Of a stretch of 64,000 nucleotides of DNA, positions 27,291 through 43,613 are shown piece by piece. The position numbers and the translations under genes are program-made. The notes below the pieces were generated by a model that saw only the letters and a list, made by a program, of their open reading frames with translations, ran no database searches and was not told where the DNA came from. How positions within the stretch are numbered: the stretch's first letter is position 1; every line of letters starts with the position of its first letter. The DNA lies in the NCBI RefSeq assembly GCF_009914755.1, contig NC_060925.1; one strand, 5' to 3'. Source of the stretch: the human T2T-CHM13v2.0 reference genome, Homo sapiens.

Positions 27291-28250
27291 GAGAACTTTC
27301 CCAGAAGGGTGATGGTAATGAATGGTGGGGGATGGTGAGCTTCTCATCCCTGTGAGGCACAGCAGGGGCTGCACACTCATTAGTCACCAATTTTGGAAAT
27401 GAGATTCCTGCCCACATTGGGGAAAGGAACTAGGAGTTTCCAAGGTTTTTTTTTTCCCCTAATCTGCAAAATTCCAGAATTTTAAGATTGGGAAATATTA
27501 AATTCATCTGGTATGCCATCCCCCTGGGATGCTGGAAGCATCTCTAAAGCACCCGGTGGTAGCCCAAGATGTATCAGGAGCCCTCTCCCTGGGCCCCTAT
27601 AGTATCCCGGGCCTCCCTCATCTCAGCACTCAGCCTCTACGTTGTGATTGTCCATGCCCTAGTTAAACCGCCATTGAACCCTACCCATAGGCTCCCAACA
27701 GCTCTTCTTTTCCCAGCCCTCTCCATTCTGCACCCAGAAGCCAGGGCAACTCATTTACGAGGTGATTATCAGGTCACTCTCTTCCTAAAGCCTGTTACAC
27801 TTAGCATAAAGTCCCAGGGTTCACAAGGCCTTTCTGCTGGCCTTTGCTTACCTCTCTGGGTGCTGTCCTGCAACTCGCCCCTCACTCAGCACACTTCACA
27901 CTCCAGCCGCACTGGCCTTTCTGTGCCTCAAGCAGGCAGAGCTCATTTCCGCTGCAGGGCATTGCTTGCTGTTCTCTTTGGAACACTCTTCTTCCAGATC
28001 TTTGCAGATGCTGTAATGTGCCCCTCAGATCTCCCCTCAGGGCTGAGGTACTGATTTCCCTAGGGGCTGGGAGTGTTGGCAGTGACTGCTCTTAGTTGGC
28101 ACTTTGTGGGAATGACTCTCCACCAAAGACAGCTGGCTCACCCCAAGCCCTGCCCCTTCCTGGGTGGCCACATCCAATGGTTGGCCAATGTGAGGTACAA
28201 AGGCCTGGCCCCGTTGCCTCCATCTGGGACAACTTTGAAAGGCTATCCTC

Positions 28251-29309
<1,059 letters not shown>

Positions 29310-29310
29310 G

Positions 29311-30354
29311 GGAGGGAAGGAAGCAAGAAAGGGAGGGAGGAAGGGAGGGAGGGAGGGCAAGAGAGAGGGAGGGAGGGAGGGAGACAGAGTGGAAAGGAGG
29401 AATGAAGGAAGGAAGGAAGGAAAGAAAGAGGGAAGGAGGGAGGGAGGAATGGAAGGAAGGAAGGCAGGTAGGAAGGAAGGAAGTGAGGAGGGAGGGAGGG
29501 AAGGAAGGAAGGAGGGAGGGAGGAAGGGAAGGAAGGAGGGAAGGAAGGAATGAAGGCAGGCGGGCAGGAGGGAGGGAAGGAAGGAGGAAGGAAGGAAGGA
29601 GGGAAGGAAGGAAGGAGGGAAGGAAGGAATGTGGGCAGGTGGGAAGGAGGGAGGGAGGGAAGGAAAGAAGGAAGAAAGGAAGAAAGGAAGGAAGGAGGGA
29701 GGGAAGGAAGGAAGAAAGGAAGGAAGGAAGGTGGGCAGGCAGGAAGGAGGGAGGGAGGGAGGGAGGGAAGGAAGGAAGGGAGGGAGGGAAGGAAAGAAGG
29801 AAGGGAGGAAGGAAGGAGGGAGGGTAGGAGGGAGGGAAGAAAGGAAGGAAGGAGGGAGGGAGGGAAAGAAGGAAGAAAGGAAGGAATGAAGGAAGGAAGG
29901 AGGGAAGGAGGGAAGGAAGGAAGGTGGGCAGGCAGGAAGGAGGGAGGGTGGGAGGGAGGGAAGGAAGGAAGGGAGGGAGGGAAGGAAAGAAGGAAGGGAG
30001 GAAGGAAGGAGGGAGGGTAGGAGGGAGGGAAGAAAGGAAGGAAGGAGGGAGGGAGAGAGGAAGGAAGGGAGGGAGGGAGGAAGGCAGGAAGGAAGGAGGG
30101 AAGGAAGGTGGGCAGGCGGGAAGGAGGGAGGGAGGGAAAGAAGGAAGAAAGGAAGGAATGAAGGAAGGAAGGAGGGAGGGAGGGAAGAAAGGAAGGAAGG
30201 TGGGCAGGCAGGAAGGAGGGAGGGAGGGAAGGAAAGAAGGAAGGGAGGAAGGAAGGAAGGACAGAGGGAGGGAGGGAGGGAAGAAAGGAAGGAAGGAAGG
30301 AGGGAGGGATGGAGGGAGGGAGGAAGGAAGGGAGGGAGGGAGGGAGGGAAGGAA
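29311..30354 (+). repeat. About 1.04 kb polypurine (GGAA/GGGA)n tract
   Basis: Almost purely G/A, with recurrent gtgggcaggc and gaatgaagg interruptions. Confidence 0.97.
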
Positions 30355-30519
30355 ATCTTTCCTTGCTCTGGAGCTCCATGGGAGTCAGCTGAAGTGTTTC
30401 CTGTGACTGCAGCACAGCTCAGCTTCTCCCTCTACCCCACCCTGCTTCCCTACTACCTCACATGAGTCCAGCCCAGAAGTGCTCCCCAATAAGCTTCCTG
30501 CTTGCAAATCTCCTGACCC

Positions 30520-30795
30520 AAGCCATCTCCTCATCTCAGCTCCACTGTCATCCTCTCTGTCCACTTACAATGTTGTCCTATCACTCTATCACCCTATCCT
30601 ATTTTATCTTTACAGCCTTTTGAAACTACCTCTTTATTTGTGTCTGTTCCTTCATCTTTTGTCTCTCTCTCTCTCTCCCCCTGGAACACGAGTTCTATGA
30701 GAGCTGCTGTCCCGTCCTCTGCTGTGTCCCCAGTGCCAATGACAGTGCTGGTGTAGAGTTGGTGCTCACTAAATATTTGTGAACTGAACAAATGT
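30520..30795 (+). mobile_element. L2 3' end
   Basis: gtccccagtgcc...ggtgctcactaaatatttgtgaactgaa. Confidence 0.6.
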
Positions 30796-31765
30796 GTTTG
30801 AAGGAGCGAGTGGGTGAAGGAATGGATGACTGTGTGAGTGATGTCTGCCTTTCCTGCTCTCCCCTGCCCCGCCCCACCCTGCTGAGCCCCTGAGCCAGGC
30901 GTTGGCCCCCTCCCCCATGTGACCCCAGCTGAGTTGGGGCCTCCTGGGAGGATGGAGCCTGCAGCCTTCTTGGCTGCTTGCCCTGTATTGATCAAAGCTG
31001 GGAGGCTGCCGGCTGAGGTCTGTCCCAGCCCCTGGGGGTGGGGGAGTAGAGAGGGCTTCTGGCTGAGATTTGTGCAGGGCTTGCCTGGGGCATACTAGTG
31101 CCACTAGAGATCCATCTGCTTTAGGGGCTGACAGCACCTCTTCTCCACACCTCTCAAGGGAGTCCACACTTGCCCCAGGAGGATGGCTGGGCAGGAGTAT
31201 GCAGGAGACAGAGGTAGGGCTGCAACTGGGCCTCGGCAGTGAATGCTTCTGGCCTCTTGCAAAGTCATGTATTTTTCAAAGTCATGTCACTATTTATGGA
31301 GGTCCTTGGATGGGGAAGGAGGGAGGGAGGGAGTGGAGTGGACAAGGCCCTTCTTATGCAGGCTGGTCAGCAGCCCGCTGTGCAGACCACTGTGCAGACC
31401 CAAGGATGAGGTTCTCAGTGAGCTTGGGGTCTGGCTGGAATTGCACTTGAAACAGCTTATCGTGATCATGGGGCACAGGAAAGAGATCGCTGAGGGGAGG
31501 TGCCAAGGAATAAGCCCAAGGATGGTCCCTCCTGCAGAATCCTGACCTGAGAATAGGGGTAATCCTATGTGGCCAGAAGAGACAGGTCACACAGCTATTA
31601 GTAGTTCAGCCGGAGCTGGAGCCCCATCTCCTATGCTGCAGCTGGACTCAGAGTACACAGGTACCAAGCACCTCCTCTGGGCCAGGTCAGGTGATGGGTG
31701 CTGGAGATGACATGGGGATGGGTGGGGCACCACTCTGATCTCAGGAGCTCACAGCCCAGGAAATA

Positions 31766-31800
<35 letters not shown>
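31766..31800. repeat. (AC)n microsatellite
   Basis: About 17 AC units. Confidence 0.95.
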
Positions 31801-31802
<2 letters not shown>

Positions 31803-31996
31803 AAACCAGTAATTCAAACTGGTCTCAGGATAAAAATACAGAGTTGGGAAACTGGGTGGCACAGGCGGAGGAGATGAACTGCATCACAGACAATCTGAGA
31901 AGACTGTGCAGGAAGTGGTCCTGAAACCTGGCTAGCCAGGAGGATCCCTTGAGACCAGGAGTTCGAGACCAGCCTGGGCAAACCTGTCTTAAAAAA

Positions 31997-31997
<1 letters not shown>

Positions 31998-32042
<45 letters not shown>

Positions 32043-32078
32043 ACACATATGTGTATATGTACATATGTACGTATATAT
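31998..32078. repeat. (AT)n(AC)n microsatellite following an Alu fragment (about 31940-31997)
   Basis: Seen directly. Confidence 0.85.
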
Positions 32079-35000
32079 GACTAATGATATAAAAGTATAA
32101 AAGCGGGAGATACTGAGAAGAGGCAGAGGCATGGGGCAGCGCATGAGCAAAGGTGTGGAGGCCGCCATCTTTGCCGCCTGGGCAAAGGCAACAGCCCCTT
32201 CCGTGTCTCCAGACTACAGACTCCCCACCCTCTCCCCATGAATCACACCACTGCCAGAGCGAGTGCTCTGAAAACACTTTGATCACACACTCTCCTGCTC
32301 AGAGCCCATCAGGGCTTCCTGCTGCCCTCCAGGCAGTGTCCTGTCATGAACTTGAATGCTAAAAGTTACTGTAGGCCTCCTGTGTCTACCTCTTCCCCTT
32401 TTACAGAGAAGGAAACTAAGGCCCAGAGAAGAACACAGTGTGAGTCAGATGCCACGCTGGAACTAAAATAGGGCCTTCTGAATGCTGGGCAGGGGTCTTC
32501 TGTGACACCACATCCTCTACCTGCCCCCTACCACCCAGCTGGTATTTAAGGAGCTGAGGAAAGTCTGGGCATCCTTAGGTCTGGCTATAGACTCAGAATA
32601 GCAAAGCTGAGACTGGGTCCTGGCTAGCGCTGAACTCAGGCCCTCATTTTACAGAGGAGCATACTGAGGCCAGGAAGGCTTGCAAGAATCCTTGTGAACC
32701 ATCAGCTTTGCAGCTATTTTACTAAGACACCGGCATAAACGTTCTTAGTTAACTCTCACAACTCTGGGAAATAGACTGGATAAAAGTTATCAGGACCATT
32801 TGATAGATGACGAAACTGAGGCCCAAAGAGCAGAGTGATGGTTCGGGGTCACACAGCAGGTTCATTTGTTCATTCTTCACATACATGCGGTGCATTTGCT
32901 CCACGGCAGACCCAGGGCTAGGGACAAGACTACACGAGCTCACGGTGCTCACACTCTACTTGGCAATTCAGCCAAGCTAGGGCTGCCGTGCCCTGCAGTG
33001 AATGCCAGCATGGGAAACCCAGGGGCTGGAGAGCCCATGGCAAGGCTTCAGGGAAGGGGCGGATATTTCAGGGGAGTTCAGAGTGGGGGCTGGGGGCAGA
33101 GGGAGTTCCAAGCAAGACCCGGGCCTGCCAACCCCAAGCTCCTTCCTGGAGGACTTAACACTGTGTTGAGCAGTTGTTTTGAATTTCCGGGCAGGGGGCT
33201 GCAAAAGGGAGGCTGGGGGAGGTGGTGCTGCCGCCTGTCTGGGGTGCGGGCTGCTATTTACCAGGGCCCTTTGTGGGATGCAGCTCTCCAGGCTGGGGGC
33301 TCCCACAATTGCTTCCAGCTGGGCTGTCAGCCAGCTGGGAGGAGTTGGGGGTAGGTGAGGGGGGTGGCAAGAGAGGACCACAGGGCACAGAGGTCCCTTC
33401 CAGCCCAGTGTCCCCTCTGCCTTCCTGGGCGGCTGCACTTGCTGAGAGTCAGGCCCTGGTGGAGCATCCTTGGATGTAAGTGTGTCCATAAACCTGGAAT
33501 CCATCCGGCCTGGCCGCTCCCGAGCTTTATGGCCTTTATGCACTTAATCTTTCATTTCCTCTCCCTGCTTCATCTCCCTGCTCACTTCCCCTCTTTCCCA
33601 GGAGGAATTGCTCGGCTCCACCACGGACTCCTCCCCCTCCCCTGCCCCCCCAGCTTGTGGAGGCTCCAAAGCCCCTTTGTCAGAAGGTACCCTTATGGAC
33701 AGCTGTCCCAGCTTCCATGACTTCTGCCTGGGGCCCCAGCGTTCACCCCCTTTACTACAAACACTCCTGGCATAACATCCCACCCCTACCCGGCTAAGGC
33801 TCCTCAGCAGCGCCAGGACAAACTCCTACGCCCAGCAGTGAGACCCTCCAGCCTCCTCTCCTGCTCCGGCCTCAGGCACACCCTAGGCTCCAGCCAAGGT
33901 GAACTGTAGCTGGAGTCGCACTGCTGTCCCTTGCCCATGGGGATCCCTCAGCCAGAACCTCCGTCACGCAGGCTGAAAGGTACACATCTTTCCCCATTCA
34001 GCTCAGACATCTCTTTCCAGACACTCTGCTCCAGGGTGGGTAGGGACCTGTCCTCAGTGAGCCCAGGGTGTCAGGCCCTGGTGGAGCCTTATTTTCTGTG
34101 GAAAGAGGACAATATTTGGTCTTGTTTGTCAACGAGTTTGTTGATAGATAAACAGGGTACATGAACTTTGTAGGTGATACAGGACTGTACCAATGTGAGG
34201 GTTGGGAGTCTAGCTCCCTTCCACCATCTGGGGGGTGCTCTACTTTAATGGAACCATGTTACATTTGCCTCAAGAGTCACGTTGTGCTCTTTCCTGATGG
34301 AATCCTAGAACTAGATTCCGGGAGCGTGGCTGATCTTTGATATCCGGCACCTGGCCAGGGTCTAGCTCAGGAAATCTCTCATGTGGGAGATCCTCCATTT
34401 TACCCAAGGGAGACCAACACCCAGAGAGGGAAAGGAGCTCACCCAACATCACACAGCAAATCAGGACAGGGTTGGGACCAGTTCCTTTAAAACACACTGA
34501 AAAATCAGTTAATGAAAAGAGCTCTTGGCTGGGAGCCAGGAGAGTGAGTTTTAGCCCCAATTTAGCTCCCATCCCAATCTCGACAGGTCACATGACTGCA
34601 GTCTCCTCAGACCCCTCTCTGGTCCTCCTCCCTTATCTGGTTTCCTTCCAGCTAATTCTGATCTTGGGGGTAGGGAATGTTTTCCGAAAGAAGGCTCTGC
34701 TCCTTTAAGGCCCCTCCCTCCCTCTCCTGAGCAAAGCCTCCCCAGAGAGCTGGGCTGGGACTCCGGGGAAGGTGGCAGGTCCCAGCCGCAGGATCTGGTG
34801 GGTCCTGCACTCACAGAATAAGTCTGCACAGGACAAAGAATGTCAACTGTCCCTTTTGTTCTGGGGGTGGGAGAATGGGGGTGGGGTGGAGGTGGGAGGC
34901 CTGCACCAGGATGGCGAGGGATGAACAGGATGGGTCTGCCTGGGCCAGGATGGGTAGGATCGGGTGTGGGTCCAAGGAGGTGAAGATGTCAGACAGAGGT

Positions 35001-37082
35001 AGCAGTGTGGAGTCTGCCCTTTCAAGCCTGAGAGTGCTTCGGGCTCGTGGGGTGCAGTGGGGGGTGATGGAGGGGGCATCACTTGCTTCGTCCTTTAGCA
35101 AGGTGGTGGGGACTTTGCAGACCTCGGTCCCACAGCTCACACTCACTATACCTTCTCATTGGGTTTCTCTCCACCCCTCACCCACAGTCTGTGGGGCCCT
35201 CCACCTACGTCTTCTCCCAGTCCTCAGAAAAACCCCATGAGGATGGTTTCATCACCCCCATGTTTGTCACAGGAAGTGAGGTTCAGAGAGGGGAATGACT
35301 TGTCTCTGGCCATTCACCCAGGGAACAGCAGACCCAGAATCGGAAATCAAGTCTTGCTCCAAAGCCCAGGCACTTATCACCTTACTCTCGAGGGCAAAGA
35401 TCACTCCATGCCAGCTTTTAACTGGACAGAGGGATCCTCAGAAAGGTGAAGGGACTTGCCTCAAGTCGCCTGTATTTGGCAGGGTCTGGCCAGCCCAGCC
35501 TTCCTGCCTTGCATCCTGGAGAAGGCTGCGTGACCTTCTCCAGGACGCCCAAAGCTCTTCTTCCTCCCCGGTCAGTTTAAACTCCTGGATTCACCATGGA
35601 GCCCTAGAATGAAGGGGGGGAAGCACGAAGGCTGGCTCCCTATCAATGGTGTGACTTCCTTCAGAACATCTAGGGAACTAAGAGTTCTCCTTTGAAAAGT
35701 GGGTTCTGTCTCAGAGGGTGGCTGGGAGACTCCATGAGATGGTGCAGGCAAAGGTGAGTAGCGCTGACCAGGTGCTCAATGGAGGCCAATCCCCTCCTTT
35801 CCTTCCTCCTTTCCTCTCCCTCCCTCCTCTTTGTGGCACTTTGGCCTTGAGGTTAGGCTGGGCCTGATTAATGGGCTGACAGGAAGCTAGGTCAGCAGGG
35901 GCTGGAGGAGAGCTTTGTCTCAAGTTCCTGTTTAGAGGCAACGTTCATTTCCCGGGGGCTCACGCCACTTGAGTTACTCACTCCTATCTCAGCCTCCAGA
36001 AGCCCAGACTGTCTGTCCTGGAAGGGCATGATACCCTCTCCTCCCTGCATAGTCAGGTGAGGAAATCAAATCAGGGCCTGGAAAGGCCTTGTCTGAGCTC
36101 TGGCAGAGCAGTCACAGGGGAGGGCCCGCCCCAGGGCCTCCCAGGGTCTCCCCGCCACATGGGCAGGCCACCCACTGGCTGAAAGGAGGGTGAGCCGGAG
36201 GTGGTGGGAGAGCTTGCCTTGGAGCCAGCGAGCACCCCCTTTCCTCAAGTCACTGCTTATTTAGGGTGGCCCAGGGAGACTGGTGGATCCAAAGCTGGAC
36301 CAAGCCCCTCACCTCGGGGTCTCCTTGGACCCCCATTCAAGAGCCTGTTCTACCTACACCTACCTGCTCCTAGCCCCCCACTTAGTCTTAAAAATTAAAA
36401 CCTTCAAATGAGGGGGGAACCTTCTCCTTAGGTTGCCTCTCTGTCCAGCTGGATTGATTCCTGGGCCTCCTGCCGAAGACGCTCAGGCCCTTTAAAAATA
36501 AATAAATAAATAAATTGAAGACCAGATTTAAAGTCTTGCCTGAACGCTCCCAGCCCAGCTTCTCCCACTCTCCCTCCTCCCGCTGGAGCTCTCATGGCCC
36601 CCATTGCCTGATGGGCATTCAAGCCTTCCACTAGAGTGGGAAGAGCTGATTGGTGGGGGGGTGTTGAAAATATCCTGTTCTTTGAGGGCCTCTTGTGTGC
36701 CTGGGCTATGCTGAATGCTTTTCCTCTCTTGTTTCAGCCTCCTGACAACCTCACCAGGCAGGCAGTCGGTTCCCATTTTTACAGGACCTGGCAGAGGAGA
36801 AGAGTCGGGCTGAGAGAGGGTGGGGAACTTGTCTGAGGCTGCAGTCACATAGAGGCAGGGCTGGGGCTTATCCTCCCGTCTTCCAAGCAGGGTTGGTTCC
36901 CAGGGCACCCTGCCCAGGGTCTCCAGTGTGAAAGTGCAGGTTGAAATGGCAGGCATCAGCTGGAGGGGGCCTCCCAGACCAGCTCTGATGACCCCTCCTC
37001 ATATGGATGGGAAGACTGAGGCCCAGAGAAGGCAATGAGATTATCCCGGGTTCCACAGCAAGTTATTCTCAATGCCACATGA

Positions 37083-37428
<346 letters not shown>

Positions 37429-37772
37429 TCGCGGAGCTCTTATGGATAGGGGACCAGCAGTGCAGACCACCTAGGACTTCAATAAGGGAATTATGATAGC
37501 TTCTAATTACTCAGAGCAGCCCTTAACCCCACCTATGAGTATTTTGGAAAGCTTCCTGGAGGAGGTGATTTCTGAGAATTGAAAGGTAGCGGGAGATAGA
37601 CAGAGAAGTACCAGTGGGGGAAGAGTGCTCCAAGCATGGGAGTTTTTCTCATCCTCTGTCCCCAGGAAACCTCCAGAGAGTTCAAGTGGTGAAGTATACT
37701 GGTTTAAGATTGCCAGGTGAAATACAAGACACTCAGTAAATTTAAATTTCAGGTAGATAGCAATAAATACGC

Positions 37773-38021
37773 TTTTTTTTTTTTTTTTTTTTTTGAGACG
37801 GAGTCTCTCTCTGTCATCCAGGCTGGAGTGCCGTGGCCAATCTCGGCTCACTGCAAGCTCCGCCTCCCGTGTTCATGCCTTTCTCCTGCCTCAGCCTCCC
37901 GATTTTTTGTATTTTTAGTAGAGACGGGGTTTCACTGTGGTCTCGGTCTCCTGACCTTGTGATCCGCCCGCCTCAGCCTCCCAAAGTGCTGGGATTACAG
38001 GCGTGAGCCACCTCGCCCAGC
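37773..38021 (-). mobile_element. AluY with two internal deletions
   Basis: gcaagctccgcc; cctcccga joins directly to ttttttgtatt. Confidence 0.88.
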
Positions 38022-38740
38022 AATAGACTTTAATGTAAGTATATCCCGTGTTGATATGGTTTGGCTGTGTCCCCACCCAAATCTCATCTTGAATTGTACT
38101 CCCATAATTCCCACATGTTGTGGGACAGACCCAGTGGGAGATAATTGAATCATGGGAGCGGTTTCCCCCATACTGTTCTCATGGTAGTGAATAAGTCTCA
38201 CGAGATCTGATGGTTTTATCAGGTGTTTCTGCTTTTGCATCTTCCTCGTTTTATCTTGCTGCTGCCATATAAGAAGTGCCTTTCACCTCCCGCTGTGATT
38301 CTGAGGCCTCCCCAGCCATGTGGAACTGTAAGTCCAATTAAACCTTTTTCTTCCCAGTCTTGGGTATGTCTTTGTCAGTAGTGTGAAAACAGGCTAATAC
38401 AGTAAATTGGTACCAGAAGAGTGGGTGTTACTGAAAAGATACCCACAAATGTGGATGCAACTTTGAAATTGGGTAACAGGCAGAGGTTGGAATAGTTTGG
38501 AGGGCTCAGAAGAAGACAGGAAAATGTGGGAATGTTTGGAACTTCCTAGAGACTTGTTAAATGGCTTTGACAAAAATACTGATAATATGGACAATGATAT
38601 CCAGGCTGAGGTGGTCTCAGGTGGAGATGAGGAACTTTTTGGGAACTGGAACGAAGGTGACTCTTGTTATGTTTTAGCAGACTGGCTGCATTTTGCCCCT
38701 GCCCTAGAGATTTGTGGAACTTTGAACTTGAGGGAGATGA

Positions 38741-39068
<328 letters not shown>

Positions 39069-39114
39069 GGCAGAAGAAATTTCTAAGCAGCAAAACATTC
39101 AAGAGGTGACTTGG

Positions 39115-39417
<303 letters not shown>

Positions 39418-41027
39418 TTAAAGGCATTCAGTTTTAAAAGGGAAGCAGAGCATAAAAGTTTGGAAAATTTGCAGCCTGACAATGCGATAGAAAATAAAGT
39501 CCCATTTTCTGAGGAGAAATTCAAGCCAGCTGCAGATATTTGCATAAATAACAAGGAGCTTAAGGTTAATCCCCAAGACAATGAGGAAAATGTCTCCAGG
39601 GCATGTCAGAGAACTTTGTGGCAGCTTCTCCCATTGCAGACCCAGAGGTCTAGGAGGGAAAAAGTGGTTTTGTGGGCTGGGCCCAGGGTCCCCGTGCTGT
39701 GTGCAGCCTAGAGACTTGGTGCCCGGCATCCCAGCCACTCCAGCCATGGCTGAATGGGACCAATGTAGAGCTAGGGCCATGGCTTCAGAGGGTGCAAACC
39801 CCAAGCCTTGGCAGCTTCCACATGGCATTGAGCCTTCAAGGGGCACAGAAGTCAAGAATTGGGGTTTGGGAACCTCCGCCTAGATTTCAGATGTATGGAA
39901 ACACCTGGATGCCCACACAGAAGTTTGCTGCAGGAGCAGGGCTCTTACGGAGAACCTCTGCCAAGGCAGTGTGGAAGGAGAATGTGGGGTTGGAGTCCCC
40001 ACACAGTGTCCCTACTGGGGCACCACCTAGTGGAGTTGTGAGAAGAAAGCCATGGTCCTCAAGACCCCAGAATGGTAGCTCCACCAACAGCTTGCACTGT
40101 GCATCTGGAAAAGCCACATACACTCATTGCCAGCTCTTGAAAGCTGCTGGGAGGGAGGCTGTACTCTGCAAAGCCACAGGGGCAGAGCTGCCCAAGACCC
40201 TGGGAACCCACCTCTTGCATCAGCATGACCTGGATGTGAGACCTGGAGTCAAAGGAGATCATTTTGGAGCTTTAAAATTTGACTGCCCCACTGGATTTCA
40301 GACGTGCATGGGGCCTGTAGCCCCTTTGTCTTGGCCAATTTCTCCCATTTGGAATGGCTGTATTTACCAAATACCTGTACCTCCATTGTATCTAGGAAGT
40401 AACTAGCTTGCTTTCAATTTTACAGGCTCATAGGCAGAAGGGACTTGTCTTGTCTCAGATGAGGCTTTGGACTGTGGACTTTTGGGTTAATTTTGAAATG
40501 AGTTATGACTTTGGGGGACTGTTGGGAAGGCATGATTGGTTTTGAAATGTGAGGACATGAGATTTGGAGGGGCCTGGGGGCGGAATTATATGGTTTGGCT
40601 CTGTGTCCCCACCCAAATCTCATCTTGAATTGTATCTCCTATAATTCCCATGTGTTGTGGGAGGGATCTGGTGGGAGATAATTTGAATCATGGGAGCAGT
40701 TTCCCCCTTACTGTTCTTGTGGTAGTGAATAAGTCTCATGAGATCTGATGGTTTTATCAGGGGTTTCACTTTTGCTTCTTCCTCACTTTCTCTTGCCACT
40801 ACCATGTAAGAAGTGCCTTTCACCTCCCGCCATGATTCTGAGGCCTCCCCAGCCATGTGGAGCTGTAAGTCCAGTTAAACCTCTTTTTCTTCCCAGTCTT
40901 GGGTATTTCTTTATCAGCAGCATGAAAATGGACTAATACACATGTGATATTTGGGATATACTTATACCAAAAAATATTCATGGCTTATCTGAAATTCAAA
41001 TTTAGCTGATTTGAAATTTAATTTAAA

Positions 41028-42257
<1,230 letters not shown>

Positions 42258-43323
42258 TTAATCTGGACTCTGTCTCCTACCAGCTTGGTGCTCACTGGGC
42301 AAGTTACCTCTCCTTCCTGAGCTACAATGTCCTCACCTGTCAACTGGGAATAATTCTGCCAGAGTCAACAAGGAGGCTAGCTGGGTTCCAGGCCAGAGAA
42401 GAGGGGCTGGGGTGGGGTGGTGGGCTGCAGAAAAGATCCTAGAGGAACTGGGAGATTGAGTTTGGATGCATGGGTGACAGCGAGAAGGAAGGGGCAAGAC
42501 TAGCATTTTTACTTCTGAATGGACTAGTGGAATATGAAGGTGGCACTCCAGGGAGGGTGCTGGGAGGCTGGCAGGGTGCATGGTGAGCTTAGTTCTGGAG
42601 TTTAGCACTTCTCCAGGGCTCTCCAAGTGGAAATGTTCAGGTAATAGTTGGGGACAGAGTTAGAGGATAGCAGTTGACATATGCTGTTGGCAGACGGGGG
42701 AAGGAAGATTCCAATGGAGGGAACAGCAGGGCCTGAGGACATAGCGTTGTCTCCTCCCAGAGCCCCATCGCATGCCCCAGGTTTAACTATCGACTCAGGG
42801 AGGAGTTTGTGGGGGCAGGCGCCTGGCTGCAGCTGGCCCCCGTCCCTGGTGGTACCACCCCAGGTCTACCTCTGCTAGTCTATTACAGCCTCAGTTTTGA
42901 GCACTGGAATTCCACTTTATCTCCCCAAAGGTCACCTTGCCCAGGGCCTTGCCCTGGGGGTGGACATTCCTCACATTCCGTGGCCCTCATCAGGATGGTA
43001 GGCCCAGGTTTCCAACTATCCTCAGCCCCTCTTGGCAAGACTCGTGGAAGGCCTACTGTGGTCCCTGGGGTCTGGGCCAGGGGTCTAACCAGCCTGAGTT
43101 TAAATTCCAACTCTGCCTCCTACCAGCTGAATGATCTTTAGGCAAGCTACCTTCCTGAGCTACACCGTCCTGTCCTTACCTGCCAAGTGGAGATAGTTCT
43201 GCCAGGTTGTGTGGGGCATCTTATGGTGGAGTCTTTGAAAGCACTGAGCTCAGCGCTTGGCATTCAGTAGCTGCTCTACACTGTCGCTCCTCCTTTGCCT
43301 TCCCTCAGCCTCTATTTCCTCTA

Positions 43324-43613
43324 TTTTTGTTTTTAGACAGGGTCGCACTCTATCACCCAGGTTGGAGTGCAGTAGTCTGATCTCCACTGACTGTAACCTC
43401 TTCAGGCTCAAGCAATCTTCCCACCTCAGCCTCCCAAGTAGCTGGGACTATAGGCATGCGCCACTATGCCCAGCTAATTTTTTGTAATTTTTTTGTAGAA
43501 ACAGGGTTTCCCCATGTTGCCCAGGCTGCTCTCGAACTTCTGAGCTCAAGTGATCCGCCTGCCTCGGCCTCCCAAAGTGCTGGGATTACAAGTGTGGGCC
43601 ACTGTGCCCGGCC
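43324..43613 (-). mobile_element. AluJ
   Basis: Diverged dimer. Confidence 0.88.

Noticed and set aside
39672-40406. 244-aa ORF
   Set aside because: Remnant of the THE1 internal region; non-ATG start; no evidence of domestication
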